From the NCBI GenBank assembly GCA_020536535.1, contig JAHLWZ010000475.1:1-64000 (forward strand): a stretch of DNA of 64,000 bases, in the 5' to 3' direction. Positions within the stretch are counted from its first letter, which is position 1; the number at the start of each line of letters is the position of its first letter. A program made the position numbers and the translations under genes. Below the pieces are notes generated by a model. That model was not told the DNA's origin. It saw only the letters and a program-made list of their open reading frames with translations, and did not search any database. The stretch is from Pelomyxa schiedti. Taxonomy: Eukaryota > Protista > Evosea. Positions 49,928-61,668 of this stretch are shown piece by piece.

Positions 49928-50415
49928 TCTCAGGAGTTCAGTCAGTAAGGCTTCACTCTGAAATTTGTGAATAGAAGAAAGAATTTTCTGAAATTTGGTT
50001 TGAGCTTGTTGCTTCTTCTGCATTACATTTAGAATACTTGGCCAATTAAAAGAGGTGGCTGTATGAAACAAGGGAATAGAGCGCATTTGTGAAGTAAACT
50101 TCCAGTGCTGCCCCAGCCACACTCAGGTGAGACAGCAACAAAATTTTCCTATTGTGCCAGCCATACAGAATTCCGAGAGTTCCGATACACTTTGCCAATA
50201 TAGCAAAAGTTGCGAGACGCGTGTCGAAATTGGTTACGAGTACATCTTGTTCCTATGCGCACAACAAAGTCCTCCAGGGCAGTGGAAATTATTTCAACAT
50301 CTGCTCACTGTGCATTTACAACTCTTCTGCCTGGTGCTTTCGGTGGTTGGGTGCGCCAAACACCACGTACTTTTGTGGGCTCCGAAGAAATTTTTTCGGC
50401 TAAACCACAAGAAAG

Positions 50416-52215
50416 ATGGATCTGTCAATGGGTGCGGCCCATCATTCTTTCGGTTGCACCACCCGCGTTTTGTTTTTCACTCCTCAACCACAGGTACGAC
50501 GTGCTCCAACTGCGACGACGCCGCCGCGACCGTGTCGTGCGAGCACTGCGGTCTGCTGTGCCACCCCTGCTCGTCCCAGCTCCACGCAATGAAGGCGCTT
50601 TCGTGGCACACCCCCTCGCACCTGTCGTCATCTGAAACTGAAACTGCGCCTATGTCTGCGGCTACTTCTGCCCCCGGTACCACCACTGCGTCCTGCATGT
50701 CGGAAACGCATAAGAAACCAAGGTGCGCGGCGCACAACAAGAAGCTCGATCTGTTCTGCGTGAAGGACGAGGTGGCCGTGTGCGCCCACTGCATGCTGCT
50801 TGGGCCGCACAGGGACCCGGCGACGGGGACCCCCCACGCCTGCGAGTCTCTGGACCAGGCGGCGCAGAGGCTCAGGAGGAAGATGGACGACGAGAGGGCA
50901 CTCCTGTCAAAGCTGGGCGACGCGGTGTGCGCCGGGAGAAACCGGCTGCTTTTGTCGCAGAGGAGAATTGACGAGGTTTGTGTTTCCCCTGGGCATTCCT
51001 CTTACCACTCGACGAAGTACAAACTACGCAATTTTAAGAGGTGCGAGGCTGTCAAGATTGATGTTTACAAATCGTTTTCGGAACTACGAGCCGAAATTGG
51101 TGAAACAGAACGCAGATTGATTTCAGAGATAGAAACCTTCAACTGTGAGAAGGGTGAGTACCTGAGACACCTCACCTACACTAAACCTCCCTCTCTTTTT
51201 AAAGTATATATAACCTTGTGCAGCCGCCAATATAAGGAAATCGATTGAAGAGCTTGATGCATTATCGGGACCAATCGAACGATCACAATTAGAACTCAAG
51301 ACTGTTGACCTGCTTCCTTCCCTTCCATTTCTACAGGCCTTTGGGACCCACGTCACCCCGTTTCGCACACTTCAGGTACCTACCGAAGAGCCAATTGAGG
51401 AGATAGAATTTTCTGCAGCACGGGTGCAGGCCGTAACCCAACAGATCGCGTCATTGAGTGTGATTACTACTGGATTCTCAATCAAACACAGTTCGTTTTC
51501 AGTGAGCCCACAACAGTGCAACATTTGCATTGGAGACAGGACTGCGATCGAAGTCACACCATCCCTATGTGACATCGACGGACGAGCATGTGACAAGGCT
51601 ATGGCGTCAAAGATAGGATTACAGTTGCATGCTTTCTTCATTGTGTGTTTTTGCTCGCCACCAACTAGAGCATAATAAAATCACCAGAATGAACCCAATG
51701 AACAAGCCGTGAAAGTGAATGGGCTCTCTGTTGAAGTTGGCCCATTTGCGAAATCTGGGCATCACAAACTTTCACTGCAACTGCATCCATTCTCCACACC
51801 AGTTGTTGTGCCCCTGAATGTGGTTTCTCTGATTGCCATTGGGAAATCAAATGCAACATACCCAGGATACCGCATGATGACTTTGATAGACCTCACTGAG
51901 GAGCCAATGAAGACCAAAATATTTGATGCAGCCAATGCAAACGGTGGTGGGTTGCTGAGCCTCGACTCCTTCAAGCCATCTGATGTGTGCCAGATTCAGG
52001 AGGGATATGTGCAGTTTGGTGGGTCATGTAAATTCCTCCAGGCCACTGAAACCTTTCGAGAGGGTGACACACAACCAGCTGGGAAGTGGAACGCGTGCTA
52101 CCTGTATTCAAACACTGGTAGGAACTTCTCACAGTTGAGGAAAGAATGTGTATCAACAAATTCATGTGTCCAACGGACAGACACCATCCCCGCTCTTTTC
52201 ATCCACCAGCTGTAA
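50416..52215 (+). CDS. Tandem B-box zinc finger plus coiled-coil protein (RING-less, TRIM-like)
   Basis: CSNC..CEHC..CHPC..H..H (B-box 1), CAAH..FCVKD..VCAHC..H..H (B-box 2), then a coiled coil and a beta-rich C-terminus. Confidence 0.82.
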
Positions 52216-52294
52216 AATGGTTGTTTCTGTTTGGGACCCGTTAACCTATCTGTTGATTATTTTATTCACCATTCCCTGTTTTTTTATTCCCGTT

Positions 52295-53550
52295 ATGGCA
52301 ACCATAACCGCTGGGCAGGGGCAAGCTTGTGTTATCGATTGTGGGACAGGACTGACCAAGGTTGGACTTTCAATTGATGGTGTCGAAAATGGCCTTCCTC
52401 GTGGCTTATTCCCGGTATGTGTGTGTAGCTGCAATTTTCATAAGCAACTGACGTTTGGCATAACAGACAATAATTGGTAGACTGAGGCCGGCATTGTGCA
52501 CCGGCTTCGGCGTTCCTGAGTATTGTGGGAATGAGGCCCTGCAGAAACCACAGGGCCATTTGTTTTTCAAGCATCCCGTTGAGCGCGGAGTTGTGAACTT
52601 GTACGAAATTGTGGGTTGAGTCGAGTCCCTTCTTACTTAGACCTTATAGTTGTTTTTCATTTTAACAACTAGCTTAGGAGTCAATTTATACACATATATT
52701 TAATTCAGTACTTCGTATTGCTTCTGATGAGCACTCTATCCTGATTGCGGAACCATCACTCAACCCAAATGCAAGTAGCGAAAAATTGATTCAGATTCTA
52801 TTTGAAACTTTCACTGCTCCAGCTGCTTACCTGGCCAATGATGCACTTCTTTCTCTAATATCTTCTGGCCGGACCACTGGAATTGTCATTGACTGTGGAG
52901 AAGGAATCACACGGTTTGCTCCTATTATAGATGGAACACTGACTACTAGTGCCACTGCACGAGTCGAACTGGCCGGCTGTGACCTGACTGATTTCATGAG
53001 TACCATCCTGAGCCAGCATGGAAATTCTTTGTCAGAAAGTATTTCCGACCGCGCCATTGTAAAGGATATAAAGGAGCATATTCCATATGTTGCATTGAAC
53101 TTTGATGAAGAGATGGGAGCTGATCCCCCACAAAGCAAAAAGACTTGTCAACTTCCAGATAAGAGAGTTATCAATCTACCGGACAAACTTTTCCGGTGCC
53201 CAGAAGCTCTCTTCCGACCTGAGCTCATTGGGAAGAAGACACCCGGCATACACCAGTTTTGTGCAACGTCAATATCCCAATGTGATGCATCAATCCACCC
53301 TCAACTTTATGGAAACATAATTCTGTGCGGAGGCTCGTCGATGTTCCCTGGAATGCAAGAGAGATTGCAAAAAGAGATTTCAATCTCTGCACCCTCACAC
53401 AGCACTAAGGTAATAGCTACTCCTGACCGCAGATACTCTGTGTGGCTAGGTGGATGTATTGTTGCCTCCCACAGCACCTTCGAACAAATGTGCATTTCCA
53501 AGGCAGAATACGATGACTATGGCCCAGGTATAGTGAACTCGAAGTGCTGA
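52295..53550 (+). CDS. Divergent actin / actin-related protein
   Basis: CVIDCGTGLTKVG, HPVERGVV, EPSLNP, QILFETF, SSGRTTGIVIDCGEG, LAGCDLTD, FRCPEALF, LYGNIILCGGSSMFPG and YSVWLGG. Confidence 0.92.
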
Positions 53551-53676
53551 TGAATCAAATAAAATACACTGTTTTCTTCTCAACATGTTATTTGACGCCT
53601 TTTTTACCAGCAACAAACAGAAACAACTGTCTCATCATCTAAGAAATCAATTAATCGCCCTTGCTGTAGTGTCGTT

Positions 53677-54837
53677 CTACTGCTTGGATAATACATAGAG
53701 GATTCCGGAGACAATGACAAAGGTCAAAAATCCGGCCCCAAGTCCCTTGGCACGAACCTGCTTGATACAAGCATCACCAAGGCGAATGGTAGCTCCTGAA
53801 ACTGCTGCACCAGAGGCAAGGCCAACAACAGCGGCCCAAATTGCATGCTTCACGGCCGGGTCATGGGAGAGGCTTACTGCCACCAGCCATTCTGATTCCT
53901 GGTGTGTGTTCAGGTATTATCTCCTTCCCTCGGGGGTACCTTGGTGTTACTTAAGACCTCGAGTAGTGTGGGGATCCAATTGGTGCCATCTGGAAGGGGC
54001 TGTTCTGGGTTAAGAGGGTCATTGTCAATGATCACAACTGGTGCCCCTGGGATTGTTTCTTCTAGGTTTTCTGTGAGTACCTTCTTCCAGGATATGTACC
54101 TGCGCGTGTTCTGTGCTTCTTTGTTGGAGAGCCCCCTCAACTCCGCTATGTCACTAGATAGAGTGGGCGGGATAGAGCAACCATAGGTGAGTATGACGGT
54201 AATTTTGGCGTCATATTCTGAAGCCAGTCTTGTAACCAGTTCCCCTACTGCCCTCTCAGTGGAATTCCATTCCCGGATGAACTGCCGGAAGAGGAAAAAC
54301 TGAGTACTGTTAAGCGCTAGTACAGTAAAACAAAGAGTAGGTTACATACGCAACTCGGGTGAATGTGTTCAGTCGTCAAATACTGCTTTGTCATTGCCAC
54401 AATCTCTGCATCTGACTTTGATGGATCGGAAAACCCCTGAAAAAAGGAAGGACAGAGCTAGGAGTGCATATATCCAAGAAAAAAAAATACACACTGGCGT
54501 GTCAACAAAGAAGAGTTTCCTGTTTTCATGATTGTACATGCGAGGTTCCGTGGTACATGGCCCAGCGTGGTCTTTAACAGGCACATCTACAGCGAACATC
54601 CTCTTAATGAAACTGGACTTGCCTGATGCACTTGTGCCCATAAGTACACCGTACAACGGAGAGGTCCTCTCTGTGCAGAATCAATTCACTCCATAAGGAA
54701 CGGCGGGTTTCGCCACCTGCAAAATGATTCGAAAGCACAACACTCAAAACGTCCTCATCACGAACAGGCGTCCCTCCGTGGTTTAAGGTGGCTGCGTCCA
54801 GAAGTGGTGGAGTTGCCTGGCTCGGGGAGTTACCCAT
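53677..54837 (-). CDS. TRAFAC GTPase (AIG1/Toc34-like) with N-terminal MGxxxS and C-terminal hydrophobic anchor
   Basis: G1 GTSASGKS, G2 CTT, G3 VDTP(G) and VILTYG; starts MGNSPS; ends with two hydrophobic helices. Confidence 0.72.
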
Positions 54838-55069
54838 TTGTTATTTGTTGATCTCATCCAACTTGGTCAGTTTCCAGAACACACTGAGGGAAGATGTTCT
54901 TTCTTGCACGGAACTCACAAGAGTCTCTGAGTGTGCCAATCAAACTGATCTGTGTTCTTGTGTGTGGCTCACCGCCCATAGGCGGAAAAAGGTGCACAAC
55001 AAAACGGTAACCGCAGGAAAATTGAAGAATCTGCTTTGGGGAAAGCGGGAAAAAAACCGATTGAAGCCG

Positions 55070-57704
55070 ATGGCCGTTTGGTTGCTGCCGTTGGTGCTCC
55101 TTCTCTCTCCACTTGTAAGTAGCAGTTTGGTCTGCGGGCCTGACGTCACAGATTGGTTTGCACGGCAACTAGACCTGGGCCGGGCACAGGCTGATGCAAA
55201 CTGGGCCACGACTGACACTTTTGATGGGTTGCTGGGCCCGACCGGGTTGGCGGGGGTGGGTTCGGCCGCCAGCCAGTTGAGCCAGATTCTGGCCACCCAG
55301 GCGGGAATCTGTGGGGCTGAGACTGGGTGCAATGGAACAGTAACGGTGTGTGATACTTGCTTCAGGTTGGACTCTCTTGGAAGAATTCTCTATGGGTGTG
55401 TTAGTTAGATCGATTAATGTGGGATGAAGGGTGATGGGTGTGACATTTAACTGGAGGAGTGCCATAAAATCCTGGGGAGTTCCCTTTTAATCTCAATGAA
55501 TCAGGTATTGTGCAAGCACCGTTTCGAGTACGGCAATATGGGGGGCTGTGTATGCTGATGGAATTCTCTCGGCAAAGGATATTGATGAAGTTTTGATTGG
55601 ATTTTACCTCAGAGGTAAAGCTCCAGCGGGACCGCTGCAATCCTCTGTCCCCAGAATGTGCCAGTTGTTGAACGGAGAAAGAGGCAACATGCTATTAGGA
55701 ATGCTTTTTTCCGGTATGTCTGGGGATGTGATTGCTCAGGATGCGCTTTATTCAGTCTCCAATGGCGTCCCGCAGCTTCTCCCACAGTGGGAGACTGAAA
55801 CTGGCCAGAACTTTTCAGTCTTAATTGAGGATTCCTTGGCAGATCTGGAAATTCATACAATGGGAACATGGCTTTCTCTTGTAGGCACAGATTGCACTCC
55901 CTGTTCAACATCTGGCTCCTGGTCGGACATATCATTCGCGCCAGCATCAAACCGGGTAAGTTTGCCGGAAAATGCCGTACTCTTATCATCAGTAATATTA
56001 ATCTAGGCCACTGTATTTGCTCGACTTCAAAGGAAAATATCCCGCCTGCGAATTGCTGTAGTCTGCTGTCTAAAATACTTTGCCTTAACACACAAATAGA
56101 CAGCGGAAAATTCTACAGTTGTGGGTTGCAGTCAGTTTTCACGGGATTCTCCAGAGTGGGCCTCTTGTTCTAGATGGAATTTTGTTGTTGCTTCATCCTC
56201 ATTGGCAGGGGTTGCAGAAACAAAGAAAATGGAATTTACCTACAGTTCCATCGTGCGTGGGCATCATGACCCATCTGCTGAATGGTATTCTTGCTACCAA
56301 CGATCCACATTCCACTTGTAATCTTCCTCAGTCAGGCAGCAACAGTCCCCTTGGCGGTACAGATTTTCACAATGCTGGATGCACCTGACTGCTGGTGAGA
56401 AATCTTTATTTATGGATACCTTAATAAACTCCCAATAGTGATCCCGGTCTTCAGCAAGAATTTCGAATACTAGTTGATGATGCAGTTACAGCATGTGCCT
56501 ATACTTCCTTTGCGGATATTCTTAGACCTCTTCTCAGTTTCAGTCAGGTTATATGTAACGCTGCTCCGTTGGATACTGGAGAAACAGGTTTTTCTTTACA
56601 ATGCCTTACACAACTTGAGTTTTAATGTACGATAAGGTGAAGAGTGCATGAGGGAGCTTTTAGTCAAATTCGCAGCGCAGCCAAATTTTGAGTTGATGTC
56701 AGTGCCGCTCTGCATTCCATGTGCCTCCGACATTCTGACAAGGGAAAAAATGGATCTTGCTTTCGACTTGATGTGCTCGCTACAGCCCAACTACTGGCCA
56801 GATGACCCAGAAGTTCAAGCCTGCAGGTATAACATAAACCCAGCCAGCATAAACAAATTCCTTTCTCATCGAGCTCACATTGCCCATAGTTGCCTTGGAA
56901 TATACAACGAATCTCTTGGGAATACCTCAGTTGTGCCGATACCTTCTGATTGCCTCATTCCGCTAACAGGTGCCAAAACACCTCTGGCCGGAACAACTGC
57001 CTACGTTCCATCCCACTGTGATTCCAACATCGGAACCATGAATTCCGTGTTGCTGTGCTGTTCCCGGCTTCTGGATGACATGCTCGGAATGATGGACATG
57101 CAGACTGGTGTCTCTGGAATGCGCAGTTCCATGTGTATAAGCCAAAAATGGCACCTCCGTATGCGTCTGGGTCATTTCAACTACGCAAAAGCTCAGCAGA
57201 GAGCCTCCAAAGAGGCCATTATTCAAATGGCGTTTGATGAAGTAGCCCATAGGATCCCTGCAATTGACAGAGACGAATTCCTCCAAAACGTGACCCTCAC
57301 GCAGAGTGACCAAACCACAGACTCCAGCAACATCACTCTAATGGATGTAACAGTATGTCATGTCATTCTTTTTCACCCAAATCGAATTCACTTTGGTTCA
57401 CTTTTTTTCACAACCAGTATGAGCCAATGTCTGAATTGGGACTAAATGCCTCCACAATGGACTTTGAGACCGGCGATGTTTTGTTGTAGGCTTTGTTTTT
57501 TCCCGCTACTGATTTCTCCTAAACTCAATCAATAGGGAAATGACTGATTACCTCTTGGCAGATGATGGGAACATCACCATTGAGACTGTAGACATGGTTT
57601 TGGAAGGTGGGGAGAGCTCAGAACTGTCTGTTTCTGATTCGGCAGTTGTGGTTCCCCTGATTTCTGCATTTTTGGTGGTAGGGGCAGTGGCTTTGTTATT
57701 GTAA
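55070..57704 (+). CDS. Cys-rich secreted/surface protein with C-terminal TM or GPI signal
   Basis: Signal peptide MAVWLLPLVLLLSPLVSS; in-frame splicing traced through about 55957-56099; ends SAVVVPLISAFLVVGAVALLL*. Confidence 0.7.
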
Positions 57705-57789
57705 AATGGTGGTAATGGGAATGAATTCCTTTTTTTTGTTTTGTTACAATAGCTTCTGAGATATTCAGTAATGTTAGAGGTTGTTTGTG

Positions 57790-60572
57790 TTAAAGCCAAT
57801 CCTCGTCATTATAATCATCATCATCACTGGAACTATCACCATCCTGCACAGCATTCTTAGAGCAAAAAGGGAATTTTGGGTAGGTAATTACCACGGCTGG
57901 TCTGATAACATCCTTAATATAAAGCATAAGGTTGTTGGCTTGCACTGAATTCTTCAGGGGTGGAGGTGGGGGTCTCTCGGCAGCAGACTTCAACTTTTGC
58001 TTCTTCAGCTGGTCAGATAGGGACTCCGTCTCACCACTGGTGCCAGGGCTTGCTGTTGTAGCACTTTGTGGGAGTGGGTCACTATCGGTAGTGGCTGGTG
58101 CCGCGGTCCTCTTGACTGCCTATAGGATACTATGAGAATTAATTCAACAGGGAAGGAATGTACCGGGGGTGGGGGAGGTGCAACGGGTGGAGGCGGAGGT
58201 GCTGGAGGAGCTGGGGGTGCCGGTGGTGCTGGAGTTGATTCTTCAATTGTGGGTTGAGGGGTTGGAGTGTGTATGATGGGTGTTGGTTCTGAAGGGGTTA
58301 TTGGTGTTGGATTGGGGTTTGGCGATGGTGGTAGTGAAGTATTTGCTGGTGTTTCTGGTTGTACTGAGGGTACGGGAACACCCTCTTCCATTGCTTTTAA
58401 AACACCCTGATGGATGTTGTTACTTGAAAACAGAAGTAAAAAAGAAAAGTACTTCAAGAATGGCCTTGCGTTTTTCTGGATTGTGCATGTGCTTGTTTGT
58501 TACACCTGCTTCCCTCAAAAACTGTTTCCATTCTTCAGGAAGGTTTTTTGCCTTAGAGGTTTTAGTGATTGTTACAATGAGAATGAGTACTTCATAATTC
58601 CCGTCAGCACCAAACCCGAAGTGAGACACGTGCCCAAAATTGGATGGAGTAGATATTACGAATTCATCATCTTCCGTCTCAGATTTCTTTGCCTTCTTCT
58701 TCTTAATGTTCAGAGGGATCTTGGGAGTGAGTGTTGTTGTTGGTGTTGGTTTGGGCTCTGGTTTCCTGGATAACGAAATATTTATCATAACATGAATTAC
58801 ACCAGATTCAGCCTCCTTAAAGGTGTAAGTTACCCCATAGGGGTGCTCGCACAGACCTTGACATTGAGGGTATGTTCGACCCACTCATTTTCTGTGAGGG
58901 GAAGATATACACTGGTGGAACCAAGAGAGTCATCAGACTTGAGTTTGTCTTTATCCTGGGTTTGTGTTGAGTGAGAGGTGCATTCATGTTGGCAATACCC
59001 AAAGATAGCATAAGAGGGTAGCAACTTTCGGGTCATAAGTAAAGGTGAACATTTCTTCCCACTAGACAAATTTCAGGAATTGCTTTGCATTAAAGGAAAA
59101 TACCACTGCATGTTCCCGTGAAGCAAAAGATTTTTTAAGGTGTTTTGTTTGCTGTGGCTTTTGTTTGCCGTATTTCTGTCAGAAGATGAGCTGAGGGTTT
59201 ATAGAAATACGCTAATTCATACCAGAACTACATAGGGTGCAGTCGTACCATCATTGTCACCAGCAATCAAATCTACAGCATCAACAACAAAGATATGGAC
59301 CCAGTGCTATGTTGTAAATCAATCAGCTTTGAAAGGTGAAGAATAGACAACGCACCTCGGCCTTACTAACGAAGCTGGATTGATTCAGAGCTAAGAAGGT
59401 GAGTGTGGCGACTAGACATAAATTCTTCCAGCAATACCTGATTTGGAATTCAGCGCTCCAGTTGACGTGAGATTTCCACTGTCAGAAACGGAGTGATCCT
59501 CTTTTCCACTTGCATGTGGTTCAGGCAGTGTGGGACTCGGACTTACTGACGCCACCGGCTTTTCTTGCACGGGAACATGCACAACAGGAACCGGACTTGG
59601 GGAGCGATCAACATTTGTTGAAGGTGCAGGAGAAGGTGATGGTGATGGAGAACGAGAGGATGCAGGCAAAGTAGGGGAGCATGTAGTTGGTGGAGTGTTG
59701 TTAGTGCTAGTGGAACTAGAAATAGAAGTAGCTGCAGTAGGAGTAGGCTTAGTTACAACAGAATTATTACGTGGCGGAATAGCAGGCGGCTTCTGAGGCC
59801 CAGAAGTCGAATCCAGCAGGGCCGAACTTCCCCTTTGATCCTGAGTCTGAGCAGTCACCCCAGAAGTAGAAGTAGAAGCTGAAACAGAAACAGAAACAGA
59901 AATAGATGGATTTGGAGTAGCAGGCTGAGGGCGAGGGAGCGTGGGCTGGGGCCTGGGGCCCGGAGGAGTCGGCTGGGGCCTCGCTCCCTGAGGGGGACTG
60001 GGCTGAGGCCTGGGCCTAGGCGGCGGAGTCGGGGAGCCCCCGGTATCAGGCGACGAGACCGACGACGAGGCGGTGAGGGCGGAGGAGGGCGGAGGAGGCC
60101 TGGTCAGCGGCGGGGGAGGCGGCTGCGCCCTCTGCGGAGGCTGGCTCGGGGTCTGCTGGGCCTCGGGCTGCGGGGCAGACACCACGCCACTCTCTTGCGT
60201 CGCCTGCTGCGGCCTGCGAGGCGGGAGCGCCGGGCCGTCCGCTGCGGGCGCCGTTACCGTCGCAGACGCAGTGGGTGTGGCTGTGGCTGCGGCTGCGGAG
60301 CCTGTGGGCGAGGCGGAGGTGGCGGGGCGCTCGGGGGACTTGGAGACGTGGCGCAGCTGGGACTGGGACTGGAGCTGGCCTGGGGTGAGGGCCACGAGCT
60401 GGTGGGGCTGCGGGGAGCCAGGGGGCAGGGCCGCGGTGGCCTTGGCCAGCTTTGTGATGTGGAGGGCGACCATGTGGGGCGGGGGAGGCGGGCGAGACAG
60501 CGGGGGCCGTGGCCTCCTCTCGCGGGGAGTGCATGGTCTGAGGGTCCTGAACGTTGCTTGTTCGTGGGACAT
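57790..60572 (-). CDS. WASP-family actin nucleation-promoting factor with long Pro-rich N-terminal extension
   Basis: CRIB ISTPSNFGHVSHFG, NLPEEWKQFL, poly-Pro, WH2-like SLSDQLKKQKLKSA and acidic tail DDDDYNDEDWL; probable WH1 exons at 58990-59450. Confidence 0.85.
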
Positions 60573-60892
60573 GTTTCTTTCGGTTTGTACTTTTTTGGGC
60601 TCTCGAAAAGGAATCAATTCTGGGGTACTTGATTGCCGCAGAGTGTAGTCTCCCAACCACCACGCACTTAAGTAATACTGGTAAGCAGCCCAGTTGAGGA
60701 GAACCAGAAACAGGGAAAACTGAACATCATGGTTTTTCAAAGAATTTTTCTTGTAATAACAAAGTAGGTGATAAACCAACTCCTCGTGGTTTTACGGAGA
60801 GCATGGTATTATTTTGCAGTTTTATGGAGGTACAACAAAAGATATGTTGCGTTGATGCCAGCCATATGAGCTGTTAGAGGCACGAAACGGTC

Positions 60893-61130
60893 TCAGCTCT
60901 GGCAGTTGGGTCCCCTCCTTGGTGCACCCGTCTCAACTACAGACACAAATCTCCTGATGGAATTGATGAGTTTGAGGAAACCAGTGTGAACAACGGGGAA
61001 TTTACTTGTTGTAAAGAATCCTCTTGTATGCTCGTCCCCTTGGGCTCTTCTTCTTCTCAGTTGGTGCAACCTTTGGGGTCTGTGCCTTGACCTTTCCTGC
61101 GCGTGCAAGTCCTCCGTGTACTTTGCCCAT
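60893..61130 (-). CDS. RPS30: 40S ribosomal protein eS30 (no ubiquitin-like fusion); missed by the ORF track
   Basis: [61 protein letters not shown] with one 52-nt intron at 60954-61005. Confidence 0.96.
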
Positions 61131-61300
61131 TTCAAGGTTTTTGCTTTTGTTGCTTTTTTCTGGAGCTCTTTGTTTACTCTTTTTTGTTCTTCTTTTTTGT
61201 GTTTTTGACCGAGGATTTGCCTAGCTTTAAGAAGAGGGTAGTATCCGTACCGGGTACATAAACAAAAAAAAAAAGGAATCTGGATCCGGAACAGAACGTA

Positions 61301-61330
61301 ACCCATAATGGGAAGGTCCCCGGCCGGAAT
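61301..61330 (+). promoter_or_regulatory. DUSE-like snRNA promoter element (ACCCATAA) plus CCGGCCGG box
   Basis: ACCCATAA at 61301-61308 starts 62 nt upstream of the U12 5' end, matching the Dictyostelium WCCCAYAA element and its roughly 60-nt spacing. Confidence 0.7.
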
Positions 61331-61362
61331 CTTAAGCGATGTGGGGACTGGGACAAAGTTAA

Positions 61363-61519
61363 ACGCCTTAAACCAATGAGTAAGGAAAACACCTGCTAGG
61401 CCGAAGGGTCTGGCAATTGTGAAAGTTATTTCACTTCTCAATTTTTGACGGGCACATAGGCTGTCCTCTTGGTGTCCTGGCCCCTTTGCTGGGATGTCTC
61501 CTGGACGGTCTCCGTCTCC
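61363..61519 (+). ncRNA. U12: U12 minor spliceosomal snRNA
   Basis: 5' GCCTTAAAC-CAATGAGTAAGGAAAA (U12 hallmark including the branch-recognition GTAAGGA), Sm site AATTTTTGA at about 61440, and a 3' domain CGGG..AGG..CCTC, GGTG..CC..CTTTGC.GGGATG collinear with metazoan U12. Confidence 0.9.
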
Positions 61520-61668
61520 AACAAATAAAAAAAAAACCGAAAAGTTTTGTCTGGTCTCCAAACTAAGTTGCTTACAATCAACAGCAGTTAAAAAAAAAGA
61601 AAACCACGTAACAAACAAGAGCCGTTGTTTCGTTATGAAACTTTCATACAAACTCGCCCATGGTGGGG

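Noticed and set aside
56058-56099. Possible U12-type intron (CCTTAAC near the 3' end)
   Set aside because: The donor is GTAGTC, not RTATCCTT. No convincing U12 donor was found at any intron I traced.
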